Shown: positions 40,138 through 50,046 of the stretch, one piece after another
Layout: the number at the start of each line of letters is the position of its first letter
Position numbering within the stretch: the first letter of the stretch is position 1
From: Candidatus Eiseniibacteriota bacterium
GTDB lineage: Bacteria > Eisenbacteria > RBG-16-71-46 > CAVPCR01
Length of the DNA stretch: 64,000 nucleotides
NCBI GenBank assembly: GCA_963702435.1
Contig: CAVPCR010000001.1
Location: 1,120,001-1,184,000 of the forward strand
Reading direction: 5' to 3'
The notes under the pieces: model-generated
Told to the model about the DNA's origin: nothing
The model's database searches: none
The model's input: the letters and a program-made list of their open reading frames with translations, nothing else
Translations under genes and position numbers: made by a program

Positions 40138-41147
40138 TGGCTGACGCGGATCTCCTCGCGCAGAGTGCGATCGACGGGTTGTTCGCGATCAAGGCCGGCA
40201 CGGCCGGCGAAGAGCGCGCCCAACCCGAGGTTCGCCCCTACAGCTTCGTCCGGCCCACGCGGCTCGGACAGAAGACCGCGCTCGCGCTGGAGACCGCCCA
40301 GACGGCGCTCCTCCAGAACCTGCGCAAGGCACTCACCGCCCAGCTGCGGACGGCTGTCGAGGTATCGGCGCTCGGGATCGAGAGCATCTACTACTCGGAA
40401 CTCGCAGTGGCCCTCGGCTCACCCTGTGCGGCTTACCTCTTCAAGGTGGGCCGCAAAGGCGAAGGCACCGGCATCCTCGAGTGGGGCATCGGGACCGGCC
40501 TCGCTCTCGTCGATCGCCTGCTGGGCGGCAGCGGACGGCCGGCGGGTCTCGAGCGCGCGCTCACTCAGATCGAGCAGGGAGTACTGACCCCGGTCAGCAA
40601 GCGCGTTGTCGCGGCGGTGGCTGACACCTGGGCCGACATCATACCGGTGAGCCGCGACATCATTGCCTTCACCGCCAACCCTGCTCCCGGGCGCTTCGCG
40701 CAGAGCGAAGACCGCTACCTGGCCATGCTGCTGCGATTCACGATGGACTCCTTCACGGGCACGCTGACCGTGGGTCTGCCCTTTGCCCCGCCCGAAGCTG
40801 CGGCGGAGGCCGGTCCACCGCGCGTTCCCGCCAGCATGCAATTGCCACTCGCTGGCCGCCGGCTGCTCGCACCCAGCGGCCTCCAGCATGCGCGACTTGA
40901 CCTCTCGGCACGGCTCCCGATCGTTCCGCTGCGGATGCGCGAAGTCCACTCGCTGCGCCCGGGCCAGATCCTCGATACCGGCATGCCTCCCGACACCCAG
41001 GTGAACGTCTTCGTCAACGGGATGCTTCTGTACAAGGCTACTCCCGGCCGCGTCGGCGGCCAGCTCGTGCTCCGCATCACCGAGGCGGCGACGCGACCGC
41101 TCCCCAGTCGATTTGAACCCGTGAAGCAACGGAGGGTGATCTCGTGA
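40134..41147 (+). CDS. fliM: Switch protein FliM (divergent)
   Basis: LAQSAIDGLF, VRPYSFVRP, DRLLGGSG...RALTQIE, C-terminal SpoA domain. Confidence 0.85.
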   Translation: MMADADLLAQSAIDGLFAIKAGTAGEERAQPEVRPYSFVRPTRLGQKTALALETAQTALLQNLRKALTAQLRTAVEVSALGIESIYYSELAVALGSPCAAYLFKVGRKGEGTGILEWGIGTGLALVDRLLGGSGRPAGLERALTQIEQGVLTPVSKRVVAAVADTWADIIPVSRDIIAFTANPAPGRFAQSEDRYLAMLLRFTMDSFTGTLTVGLPFAPPEAAAEAGPPRVPASMQLPLAGRRLLAPSGLQHARLDLSARLPIVPLRMREVHSLRPGQILDTGMPPDTQVNVFVNGMLLYKATPGRVGGQLVLRITEAATRPLPSRFEPVKQRRVIS

Positions 41148-41476
41148 CCAGCGACCCCACATCCGCCGCTCCGCCGGCCGCCACCGGCGTGGACGACTCC
41201 ACCTCCGCCCCGGCGCCGGATGCCCTTGCTCTCGACGCGCTCATGGACGTCTCCATGCCGGTGATCATCGAGATCGGGCGGACGACGCTGACCCTGAGCG
41301 AGATCCTCGAGTTGCGGGAAGGATCCCTGGTACAGCTCGATCGCCTGGTCGGTGAAGCGGTGGACGTTCATATCAGCGACCAGAAGCTCGCCGAAGGTGA
41401 GGTCATCGTGATCGGTGACAACTTCGGCGTGCGCATTACGCGCGTCCTGAGCGCTCCCGGGGAGAAGAAGGCGTGA
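41144..41476 (+). CDS. fliN: Switch protein FliN
   Basis: LMDVSMPVIIEIGRT...AEGEVIVIGDNFGVRIT. Confidence 0.93.
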   Translation: MTSDPTSAAPPAATGVDDSTSAPAPDALALDALMDVSMPVIIEIGRTTLTLSEILELREGSLVQLDRLVGEAVDVHISDQKLAEGEVIVIGDNFGVRITRVLSAPGEKKA

Positions 41477-42639
41477 TCGGCTCCGGATTCCTCGGGCTCG
41501 TTGCGGCCACTCTGGTCACCCTGGTGCTCGTGTATGCAGCGCTGCACTTGTTGCGGCGGCTGCAGGGCATGACCCAGGCCGGAACGGGCCATCTGCCGCT
41601 CAGCCTCATGAAGCGGGTGCCCATCGGGCCCAAGCAGGGCGTAGGGCTCTTGCGTGTCGCCGACCGCGTTCTCGTCATCTCGATCGGCGAGGACGGGGCG
41701 AGGCTCTTGACCAAGCTCGGTGCCAGCGAGTCGCGAGCGCTGCTGGCGGCGACACCCGCCAACGGCAGCGAAGCGGCCGGCCCTTCCGGCCGGTGGCGGC
41801 AGACCCTCAGGCGGTTCCTGTTCCCCGCGCTCCTCCTCGTCGTGCTGGCGGCCGCCCCCGATGCCGCCGTCGCCCAGGTCGCTCCGCAGGACGCGACGGC
41901 CCCCGCCGCCGGCGCCGCGGCCGACCCGGTGCCGGCGCCGGGGACCGGCACCGCCCTGCCGCCGGCGCCCCCCCCGATGGCGGTCACGGTGCGCCAGGGT
42001 GATGACGAGCTGCATCTGTCGGGCGCGGTCGGCCTGGTCGTCTTCATCGGGGCGCTCACCCTCCTCCCCGCCCTGCTCCTGCTCATGACCAGCTTCACGC
42101 GGATCCTCATCGTGCTGCAATTCGTGCGTCCGGCACTCGGCACCCAGAATGCTCCTCCCATGCAGCTCCTGACCGCGCTGGCCGTCCTCTTGACCGGGCT
42201 CGTCATGAACCCCGCGCTCGAGAAGGCCAACCAGATCGCGCTGCAGCCGTTCATGCGCGGCGAGATCACGCAGGCCCAGGCCTACCAGATCGGCATCCAG
42301 CCCTTTCGCGAGTTCATGCTCGCCAACACCAACGAGAAGGACCTGGCCCTGTTCGCCGACTTGAGTCAGGCCGAGGAGAGCTTCACTCCGGAGACCCTGC
42401 CGACCCTCACCCTGGCCTCGGCTTTCATGACCAGCGAGCTGCGCACCGCCTTCCAGATGGGCTTTCTCATCTTCATTCCGTTCATCGTGGTCGACCTGAT
42501 CGTGGCTTCGGTGCTGATGAGCCTCGGCATGTTCATGCTCCCGCCCATGATGGTATCGCTGCCATTCAAGCTGCTGCTGTTCGTGCTGGCGGACGGGTGG
42601 ACGCTCCTGGTCAAGAACCTCGTGCTCTCATTCCGGTGA
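41473..42639 (+). CDS. fliP: Fused FliO-FliP export gate protein
   Basis: N-terminal ~90 aa FliO-like (TM, RVPIGPKQGVGLLRVADRVLVISI) in frame with FliP (MTSFTRI, PFREFM, SELRTAFQMGF, SLPFKLLLFVLADGW). Confidence 0.9.
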   Translation: MIGSGFLGLVAATLVTLVLVYAALHLLRRLQGMTQAGTGHLPLSLMKRVPIGPKQGVGLLRVADRVLVISIGEDGARLLTKLGASESRALLAATPANGSEAAGPSGRWRQTLRRFLFPALLLVVLAAAPDAAVAQVAPQDATAPAAGAAADPVPAPGTGTALPPAPPPMAVTVRQGDDELHLSGAVGLVVFIGALTLLPALLLLMTSFTRILIVLQFVRPALGTQNAPPMQLLTALAVLLTGLVMNPALEKANQIALQPFMRGEITQAQAYQIGIQPFREFMLANTNEKDLALFADLSQAEESFTPETLPTLTLASAFMTSELRTAFQMGFLIFIPFIVVDLIVASVLMSLGMFMLPPMMVSLPFKLLLFVLADGWTLLVKNLVLSFR

Positions 42640-42645
42640 GGACCC

Positions 42646-42915
42646 ATGTCTGTCGACGCCGCCGCTGAAATCGTGCGCCACGCGGTCATGATCACCATCC
42701 TGGTGGCGAGCCCCTTGTTGTTGATATCGCTGATCGTCGGCGTCATCGTCAGCCTGATCCAGGCCGTCACCCAGATTCAGGAGCAGACGCTTACCTTCGT
42801 GCCCAAGCTCCTGGCCCTCGGGGTTGCGCTCATCATTCTCCTGCCGTGGATCCTCACCCAGCTGACCGACTACCTGGCCGGCGTTCTCAACACCCTCTCC
42901 ATGCTGGCGACGTGA
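42646..42915 (+). CDS. fliQ: FliQ
   Basis: QAVTQIQEQTLTFVPK. Confidence 0.95.
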   Translation: MSVDAAAEIVRHAVMITILVASPLLLISLIVGVIVSLIQAVTQIQEQTLTFVPKLLALGVALIILLPWILTQLTDYLAGVLNTLSMLAT

Positions 42916-43712
42916 TGCTCGAAGCGCTGTCGCGGATCCTCCTCCCCGATCACCTACCCACCTTCGCCTATGTGCTGGCCCGGGTGACGGGGCTCGCGCT
43001 GTCGGCGCCTCTCTGGTCGCTCAACGGGACCCCGCGGCTGGTGCGCGTGGTCGTGGCGGTGGTGCTCACGCTGGCCCTGCTCCCTGCCTGTCCGGTGGCG
43101 CGAGCGCCGGAGGCACTGGTCGTGCTGCCGCTCGGGCTCGCCGCCGAGCTCCTGATCGGACTCACGATCGGGCTCACGGCGTCGGTCATCGTGCACGGCG
43201 CCGCGCTGGCCGGCGAGGTGATCTCCTTGCAGATGGGACTCTCGCTCGGTCCGGCCTTGGCCCCCATGGTGGATGTGCAGGTACCGGGCGTCGGACAGAT
43301 TCAGAGCATGCTCGCGCTCATGATCTACATTGCGGTCGACGGCCACCTGATGCTGCTGCGCGGTCTGGCCAGGAGCCTCGAGGTGCTGCCGCCGGGCGCC
43401 GGCATCTCGCTCGAGCAGGGGCCCGCCATTTGCGTCCTGCTCGCCAACACGCTGTTCACAGTGGCGATCCAGGCCGCAGCTCCGGCGATGGTCGCCCTCT
43501 TCCTCGTCGATCTCGCTGTCGGATTCGCCAACCGGGCGGTTCCACAGCTGCAGGCGATATTCGTGCTGTTTCCAGTCGCCATTCTCACCGGACTCCTCCT
43601 GCTTTGGTTCTCGGTGCCGACCGTCACCGCCGCGATCGGCGAGTGGATGGTAGTGCTGCCGGCGCAGGTGGCCGGCGTCATCGAGGCGCTGCGCCGAGTT
43701 CCCCAGGTGTGA
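42915..43712 (+). CDS. fliR: FliR
   Basis: Multi-TM; AGEVISLQMGLS, DGHLMLL, NRAVPQLQ. Confidence 0.92.
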   Translation: MLEALSRILLPDHLPTFAYVLARVTGLALSAPLWSLNGTPRLVRVVVAVVLTLALLPACPVARAPEALVVLPLGLAAELLIGLTIGLTASVIVHGAALAGEVISLQMGLSLGPALAPMVDVQVPGVGQIQSMLALMIYIAVDGHLMLLRGLARSLEVLPPGAGISLEQGPAICVLLANTLFTVAIQAAAPAMVALFLVDLAVGFANRAVPQLQAIFVLFPVAILTGLLLLWFSVPTVTAAIGEWMVVLPAQVAGVIEALRRVPQV

Positions 43713-43719
43713 GCACGCC

Positions 43720-44832
43720 ATGGCCGAGGAACAACCCAGTGGACAGGAACGGAACGAGCAACCGACCCCGCAGCGCCGGGCCCGGGCCCGCGAGCAGGGG
43801 CGCATCGCCCGCAGCGTCGAGCTGGCGGCAGCAGCCGGGTTGCTCGGCGGCGCGCTGCTCCTCACCCAGTTCGCCGCGAACGGGTTCGCCGTTTTCACCC
43901 ACCGGGTCCTGCGGGAGAGCGCCGGCGCCATGTCGTTTGCGGAGCGGGGGCCGGAGGGGACGGCGGGCATGCTCCAGCTCGTGATGCGGGGGGCGCTGGT
44001 GGCGTTCCTGCCCTTTGCGATGGGACTCACCGCCATCATCCTGGCCGTGAACCTCGCCCAGGCCCGCGGCGTGATCTCCTGGCGACCCGTGCTGCCCAAC
44101 TTCGACCACGTGAACCCGATCTCCGGGTGCAAGCGGTTGTTCAGTCGCGAGGCGCTGTTCACCGGATTCAAGAGCCTGTTCAAGCTGGCGGCGATCGCGC
44201 TCGCGAGCTACTGGATCATCACCCGTGCGATCCCGCAGCTCGTGTCACTGCCCCAGACCGGGCCGGCCGAGATTGCCCTGGTCATGCAGCGCCTCGCGGT
44301 GCGCATGGCCGTACTGCTCGGCGTCGGGTACCTGGTCCTGGCGGCCATCGACTATGCCTATCAGCACTTCCGCCTGGAGCAGAGTCTGCGCATGACGCGG
44401 CAGGAGGTCATGTACGACCTGCGGGACTCGGAGGGCGATCCGCACGTCAAAGCCCGTCTGCTCTCCATGGCGCATGCGCACGCCCGCCGCCGCATGCTGC
44501 AGCGGGTGCCGACCGCTGATGTTGTGGTAGTCAACCCCACCGAGATCGCAGTGGCTCTCAAGTACGATCTCGCCGCCGCTTCGGCGCCGCTCGTCCTCGC
44601 CATGGGCCAGCGCAAGCTCGCCGCGCGCATCCGCGAGATAGCAGAGCGAGCGGGTGTGCCCATCGTCGAGAACCGGCCGGTGGCCCGCGCCCTGCTCGCC
44701 ACCTCCGAGGTCGGCCGTCCGATCCCGCCCGCTCTCTATGCCGCGGTGGCAGAGATCCTGGCCTTCATCTACCGGCAACGCGACTCGCTGCGCGGGCTGC
44801 CTGAGGTGCTCAGGCCGAGGAAGATCGCATGA
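43720..44832 (+). CDS. flhB: FlhB
   Basis: EQPTPQRRARAREQG, MTRQEV...SEGDP, VVVNPTEIAVAL, PIVENRPVARAL. Confidence 0.95.
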   Translation: MAEEQPSGQERNEQPTPQRRARAREQGRIARSVELAAAAGLLGGALLLTQFAANGFAVFTHRVLRESAGAMSFAERGPEGTAGMLQLVMRGALVAFLPFAMGLTAIILAVNLAQARGVISWRPVLPNFDHVNPISGCKRLFSREALFTGFKSLFKLAAIALASYWIITRAIPQLVSLPQTGPAEIALVMQRLAVRMAVLLGVGYLVLAAIDYAYQHFRLEQSLRMTRQEVMYDLRDSEGDPHVKARLLSMAHAHARRRMLQRVPTADVVVVNPTEIAVALKYDLAAASAPLVLAMGQRKLAARIREIAERAGVPIVENRPVARALLATSEVGRPIPPALYAAVAEILAFIYRQRDSLRGLPEVLRPRKIA

Positions 44833-47014
44833 GCACGGTGACCTTCCCCCCCGCCGGGATCCGGGCTGCCGCTGATGGACACGCGGTGACCACGGGACGC
44901 GGCTCCGTCGCACCCGCGGCACGCGGTTCGCTGCACGCCGACTCCCCCGGCGGCGGCAGGCGCTTCGGTCTCGTCTCCGCCGCCGAGACCTATCTCGCCA
45001 TCGGCGTCGTCATCGTCGTCTCGCTGCTCATCGTTCCGCTGCCGCCGTTGGCCCTCGACTTCCTGCTGGCGCTGAGTTTCGCGCTCGCCTTGACCGTGCT
45101 GCTCGTCGTGCTCGCGGTCAATGATCCGCTGGAGTTCAACATCTTCCCGAGCCTGCTCCTGCTCATCACCCTGTTCCGGCTCGGGCTCAACGTGAGCAGC
45201 ACGCGGCTCATCCTGAGCACGGGAGAGGCCGGGCAGGTCATCGCCGCCTTCGGCAACTTCGTGATCGGCGGCAACTTCGTCGTCGGGCTGGTGATCTTCC
45301 TGATCCTCGTCGTCATCAACTTCGTCGTCATCACCAAGGGCGTCCGGGCGCATCGCCGAGGTCGCCGCCCGCTTCACCCTGGACGCCATGCCGGGGCGGC
45401 AGATGAGCATCGACGCCGACCTCGGCGCCGGCCTCATCGACGAAACGGAGGCCCGGTCGCCGGCGCGAGGAGATCAACCACTATGCCGACTTCTACGGCG
45501 CCATGGACGGCGCCGCCAAGTTCGTGCGCGGCGACGCCGTTGCCGGGATCCTGATCACCGTAATCAACCTGGTCGGCGGTTTCGTGATCGGCATGACTCA
45601 GCAGGGCATGTCGGCCAAGGATGCCCTCACCACCTACAGCTCGCTGACGGTCGGCGACGGCCTGGTGACCCAGATCCCGGCCCTCGTGGTCAGCACGGCC
45701 GCCGGCATCCTGGTCACCTACGGCTCGTCGCGGATGGCCGTCGCCGGTGCGCTGGGATCGCAGCTCACGCGCAACCCCGGCGTCCTGTGGACGGTGGCGG
45801 CGATTCTCGGTCTGTTCGCCATCATCCCCGGCCTGCCGGCCATCCCCTTCCTCGCGCTCGCCGTCTGCGCCGGCCTCATCGCCTACACGGCGAGGCGCCG
45901 GCTCGGGCGGGCGGGAGACCAGGCCGAGCCGGCCCCGAGCCGCGAGGAGACGGGCGCAGAGCCCCCGGTCCAGGACATCCTCTCGGTCGAACCACTCGAG
46001 CTCGAGATCGGCTACGGCATCGTTCCGCTCGCCGATCCGTCGCATGGCGGCGACCTCCTGCAACGGATCGGCATCATGCGCAAGCAGCTCGCTCTCGAAC
46101 TGGGGATGGTCATCCCGCCGGTTCGGGTCCGGGACAACATACAGCTCGCCGCCAACGAGTATGCGATCAAGGTGCGCGGGGTCCGGGTGGCCGGAGCGGA
46201 GCTCATGCCGCGACAGCTCCTCGCCCTGAACACGAGCGGCAATGCCGCGCGCATCGATGGGGCCGGCACCACTGATCCCAGCTTCGGCATCCCCGCGGTG
46301 TGGATCCATCCGACCGAGCGGACGACGGCCGAGAGCGCCGGGTACACGGTGGTCGATGCCACCACCGTCCTCACGACCCACCTCCTCGAGACGGTTCGCG
46401 AGCACGCAGCCGAGCTCTTGAGCCGCCAGGACACCCGCCGGCTCCTTGACGGCCTCAAGGAGACCCACCCTTCTCTGGTGGAAGACGTGGTCCCGAACCG
46501 GGTGTCGCTGGGGACGCTGCACCGCGTGCTGCAAAGGCTCGCCCGCGAGGGCATTCCGATTCGCGACCTGGTGACGATTCTCGAGGCGATCTCCGATGTC
46601 GCCGACCAGACCAAGGACCCCGAGATTCTCACCGAACACGCGCGGCGCGCGCTGTCGCTCGTCATCGCGCAGATGCTGCGCGGAGACGACCCCACCATCC
46701 ACGCGATCGCGGTGGGGCCGCGGCTCGAGCTGGCGCTGATGCAGACTTTCAGTCCAGGCAAGGCGGAGGGCGGGAAACGCGGGATGGAACCAGGCGAGCT
46801 CACAGCGGCACTCAGCGCGCTCGGGCGAATTGTCGCCGACACGAAGAAGGACGGCGCGTTGCCGCCGCTGATCACCCCACCCGCCCTCCGCCTCGGCATC
46901 CGGCGGCTCATCGAGCCCGGTCTACCGCGACTTGCGGTGATCTCGCTGGCCGAGCTGCCACCCCAGGCCCCGATTCAGACGATCAGTCTGTGGGAGCTGC
47001 CGCATGAAAATTGA
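44829..47014 (+). CDS. flhA: FlhA, interrupted by two +1 frameshifts (~45342, ~45457)
   Basis: Three successive frames give FVVITKG | [26 protein letters not shown] | [25 protein letters not shown]...; removing one base at each site restores full-length FlhA. Confidence 0.92.
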
Positions 47015-47858
47015 GACGTTCACCGGCCCCAACCTCCCCGACCTGTTCACGCAGGCCCGGTCGCAGATCGGTCCGCACGCGGTCCTGCTCGGTGTCCGCC
47101 GGCTCGACCGTCGCGGGCGTCTCTTCGAAGTCTCCGCCACCGCCCCGCCGGAGGCAGCCACGGAGTCCACACCGACACTGCTCACGCCGGGACCCGCCGT
47201 TGCCGCTCCCGCTGCGGCGCCCGGGCTTCGGCACCGGAAACGCGTGGCGGCCCGCCCGTTCGTGCTCGCTCTTGTGGGCCCGACCGGCGCCGGCAAGACC
47301 ACGACCGCGGCCAAGCTGGCCATGCACGAGCAGGCCTTCGGCGACCGGCGCGTTGGCTTCATCGCGCTCGACACCTATCGCGTCGGGGCGATCGAGCAGC
47401 TCACTGCCTTTGCTGAACTGGCGGACGCGCCGGTCGCCGTGGCCTACAGTTCGAGCGACATCCCGAGAATCATGCGCCGCCTGCGCCATCGTGATGTCCT
47501 GATCGTGGACACGCCCGGCCGCGGCCCGCGCGAGCGGGAGGACGAGGCGGCAGTACGGGAATGCCTCGAGGCGCTGCATGCGGATGAGATGCACTTGACG
47601 CTGCCGGCAGGACTGCCGCCGGGTGTCTTGCGCCTCCTCGTGTCGCGGACGCGCGCGCTCGGTGTCACTCACATCCTCCCGACCAAGGTGGACGAGTATC
47701 CGGCCGACGATGCCGCCTTCGTGGTGTCGGGGCTGTCCCGGCTGCCGATTCGGTGGATCGCCGACGGGCAACGCGTGCCGCGCGACCTGCGACCAGCGCC
47801 GGCGGGGCGGCCGGACTTTGCCGCACCGGCTTTCGACCTCGCGCTCGCCGGCAACTGA
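47004..47858 (+). CDS. flhF: SRP-family GTPase FlhF (short)
   Basis: MKIETF...IGPHAVLL, GPTGAGKTT, DTYRVGA, DTPG, TKVDE, GQRVP. Confidence 0.88.
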   Translation: MKIETFTGPNLPDLFTQARSQIGPHAVLLGVRRLDRRGRLFEVSATAPPEAATESTPTLLTPGPAVAAPAAAPGLRHRKRVAARPFVLALVGPTGAGKTTTAAKLAMHEQAFGDRRVGFIALDTYRVGAIEQLTAFAELADAPVAVAYSSSDIPRIMRRLRHRDVLIVDTPGRGPREREDEAAVRECLEALHADEMHLTLPAGLPPGVLRLLVSRTRALGVTHILPTKVDEYPADDAAFVVSGLSRLPIRWIADGQRVPRDLRPAPAGRPDFAAPAFDLALAGN

Positions 47859-47886
47859 GCGAGCACCATACAGAGAGATCTGCTGC

Positions 47887-48702
47887 ATGCGAAGGACTCT
47901 CGACCATCATCCGCCGCTGTCGGTCGTCCGCAAGCCAGCGACGACCGCTGTCACCGATGCGCTGTGGCGGAGATACCAGTGCGACCGGGACATGGAGGCG
48001 CGCGCCAGGTTGCTGGAGCAATACCTGGGGCTCGTTCACCACGCCGCGCGCGAACTCGCGACCCGGCTTCCGGGAGCCATGCAGTTCGAGGATCTGTTGA
48101 GCGCCGGCACGGTGGGTCTCGTCCAGGCGCTCGAGAGTTTCGACCCCGCACGGGGATTCGCCTTCTCGAGCTTCGCCCTGCCGCGCATCCGGGGGGCCAT
48201 GCGGGATGAGATGCGCAGCTGGGACTGGATCCCACGATCGGTCCGCGAACGGATCCGCCACCTCCGTTCCGTGGAGAGCGATCTCCGCCGCCGCCTCGGC
48301 CGCCAGCCCGAACCCGACGAGATGGCGGCCGCGCTCGGCGTCGATCTGGCGACCTACTGGCGTTACGCGGACGCGAACTCCGAACCCGTGCTCCTCCCGC
48401 TCGATCCGGCGCCGGCAGGCCGCGCCCCGGAGCGGCGACTGGCCGAGGCCATTGCCGACCCGGCGAGCCGCAGCCAGAGCGACGCCCTGGAGGCGGATGA
48501 GACCTGGTCCGAACTCGCCATCGCCTTCGCGACCCTGTCGGAACGCGACCGGCTCATCCTCAACCTCTCCTACTTCGAGGAGCTCACGCTGCGCGAGATC
48601 GGAGAGATCTTGCACATCACCGAGTCGAGAGTCTCTCAGATCAGAACCCGGGCCTTGCGCCGCCTCGGCGAGCGCATCGATCCAAGGAGGGAAGCGGCAT
48701 GA
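47887..48702 (+). CDS. fliA: RNA polymerase sigma-28 factor FliA
   Basis: RIRGAMRDEMRSWDWIPRSVR, YFEELTLREIGEILHITESRVSQIR. Confidence 0.93.
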   Translation: MRRTLDHHPPLSVVRKPATTAVTDALWRRYQCDRDMEARARLLEQYLGLVHHAARELATRLPGAMQFEDLLSAGTVGLVQALESFDPARGFAFSSFALPRIRGAMRDEMRSWDWIPRSVRERIRHLRSVESDLRRRLGRQPEPDEMAAALGVDLATYWRYADANSEPVLLPLDPAPAGRAPERRLAEAIADPASRSQSDALEADETWSELAIAFATLSERDRLILNLSYFEELTLREIGEILHITESRVSQIRTRALRRLGERIDPRREAA

Positions 48703-49220
48703 AACGCTCGCTCTGGCTCATCGTCCTCGGCGCCGCACTGCCCCTGGTGCTGATGGGGCGTCTCGAGGAGGTCCTCACCCTGTCCGGCGCGCGCGACGCG
48801 ATCGCGGGCGCCGCCCGCGCTGCCAGGATGCACGGACCCGTCCTCCTGGAGCTCCCCGGCCGCTACCTGGACCAGCTCCCGCTCCCGGCGGATTCCGATC
48901 CGCTCGTGCTGCGCTGCCTGGTGACCGCGCTGATCCTGACGGTCGTGCTCTGCATGCTGCTCATGGCACCGAGTCGCCACCCGCGGACGCCCGCGGCACG
49001 CCGCCGCCAGGTGCGCCGACTCCTCGGCAGAGGGCGGCCGGCGGCCGAGGTCGCCCGGCGCACGGGCTGGGCGCTGGACGCCGTGCGCAGCCTCGATCTC
49101 GCCGCGCGCGAAGCTCTGGCGCCGGCGACCGCGGTACGACGCGGAAGGTCTTTCCGGTCATTCCGTATCTTCGCGCCGCGCGACCCCTCCCATCCGCGCC
49201 GGGCGTTCGGGACAAGATGA
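48699..49220 (+). CDS. Hypothetical membrane protein with possible C-terminal HTH
   Basis: ATGA overlap with fliA; two hydrophobic segments; GRPAAEVARRTGWALDAV. Confidence 0.5.
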   Translation: MKRSLWLIVLGAALPLVLMGRLEEVLTLSGARDAIAGAARAARMHGPVLLELPGRYLDQLPLPADSDPLVLRCLVTALILTVVLCMLLMAPSRHPRTPAARRRQVRRLLGRGRPAAEVARRTGWALDAVRSLDLAAREALAPATAVRRGRSFRSFRIFAPRDPSHPRRAFGTR

Positions 49221-49264
49221 AGGCGATCAAGGGAATGGGCCGCACCAGGGGCGGTTCGTGACAG

Positions 49265-49280
49265 CGGCACGGTCCTTGCG
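49265..49280 (+). promoter_or_regulatory. Sigma-54 promoter of the flgF-flgK operon
   Basis: CGGCAC-GGTCC-TTGCG (GG-N10-GC). Confidence 0.75.
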
Positions 49281-49324
49281 GTACTGACCGGCGGCCGGCA
49301 GACAGGTTCTATGGAGGTCGTCTC

Positions 49325-50017
49325 ATGTCGCTGAGTGGCATCGTCGGTGCGGCGCGCACGCTGTCGTACTTCATTCGACGCGAGGAGATCACGTCCCACA
49401 ACCTGGCCCAGGCGGGAACTCCCACGTTCAAGTCGATGCGAGTCACTGCGCACCTGCGTCCGGGAGAGGAATCGGCCAGTCCGGTGCAGTGGACCGATTG
49501 GAGCCAGGGGCGGCTGCTCGACACGGAACGGCCGCTCGATGTCGCCCTCGACGGCCCCGGCTTCTTCGTGGTGCAGACACCGCGCGGCGAGCGACTCACG
49601 CGGGGTGGGTCGCTCAAGCTCGACCGCGCCGGCCGATTGTGCGATCTGGACGGCAACCCGCTGCTCGGGCGGCGCGGGCCGGTGATCCTCTTCGGCACCG
49701 AGATGAAGGTGGACGCCGCGGGCGTCCTGCTGGTGGATGAGAGGAAGGTGGACGAGCTCCGGGTCGAGACCGTTTCCGATCTCAACGCGCTCACGCGGGA
49801 AGAGGGCGGGCTCTTCGCCACCACGGAGAAGACGGTCCCGGTCCCGAGCGAGATCACCGTGGTGCACCAGGGTCAGATCGAGGACGCCAACCCCGACTCC
49901 ATCCTGTCGCTCGTGGACCTCATCGCCATCCAGCGAACGTACGCCGCCAACGTGCAGGCCTTGAAGACGATGGACAGGGTCCTCGGCATCGCCACCTCTG
50001 AGGTCGGTGACGTCTAG
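49325..50017 (+). CDS. flgF: Rod protein FlgF
   Basis: SHNLAQAGTPTFK, TERPLDVALDGPGFF, LTRGG, QGQIEDAN; precedes flgG. Confidence 0.85.
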   Translation: MSLSGIVGAARTLSYFIRREEITSHNLAQAGTPTFKSMRVTAHLRPGEESASPVQWTDWSQGRLLDTERPLDVALDGPGFFVVQTPRGERLTRGGSLKLDRAGRLCDLDGNPLLGRRGPVILFGTEMKVDAAGVLLVDERKVDELRVETVSDLNALTREEGGLFATTEKTVPVPSEITVVHQGQIEDANPDSILSLVDLIAIQRTYAANVQALKTMDRVLGIATSEVGDV

Positions 50018-50046
50018 CCCCGGCCAGTGAAACAAGGAGATCAGGC

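Noticed and set aside
31061..47014. Non-flagellar type III secretion system
   Set aside because: Rod, hook, L/P rings, flagellin and MotAB are all present, so it is a flagellum.
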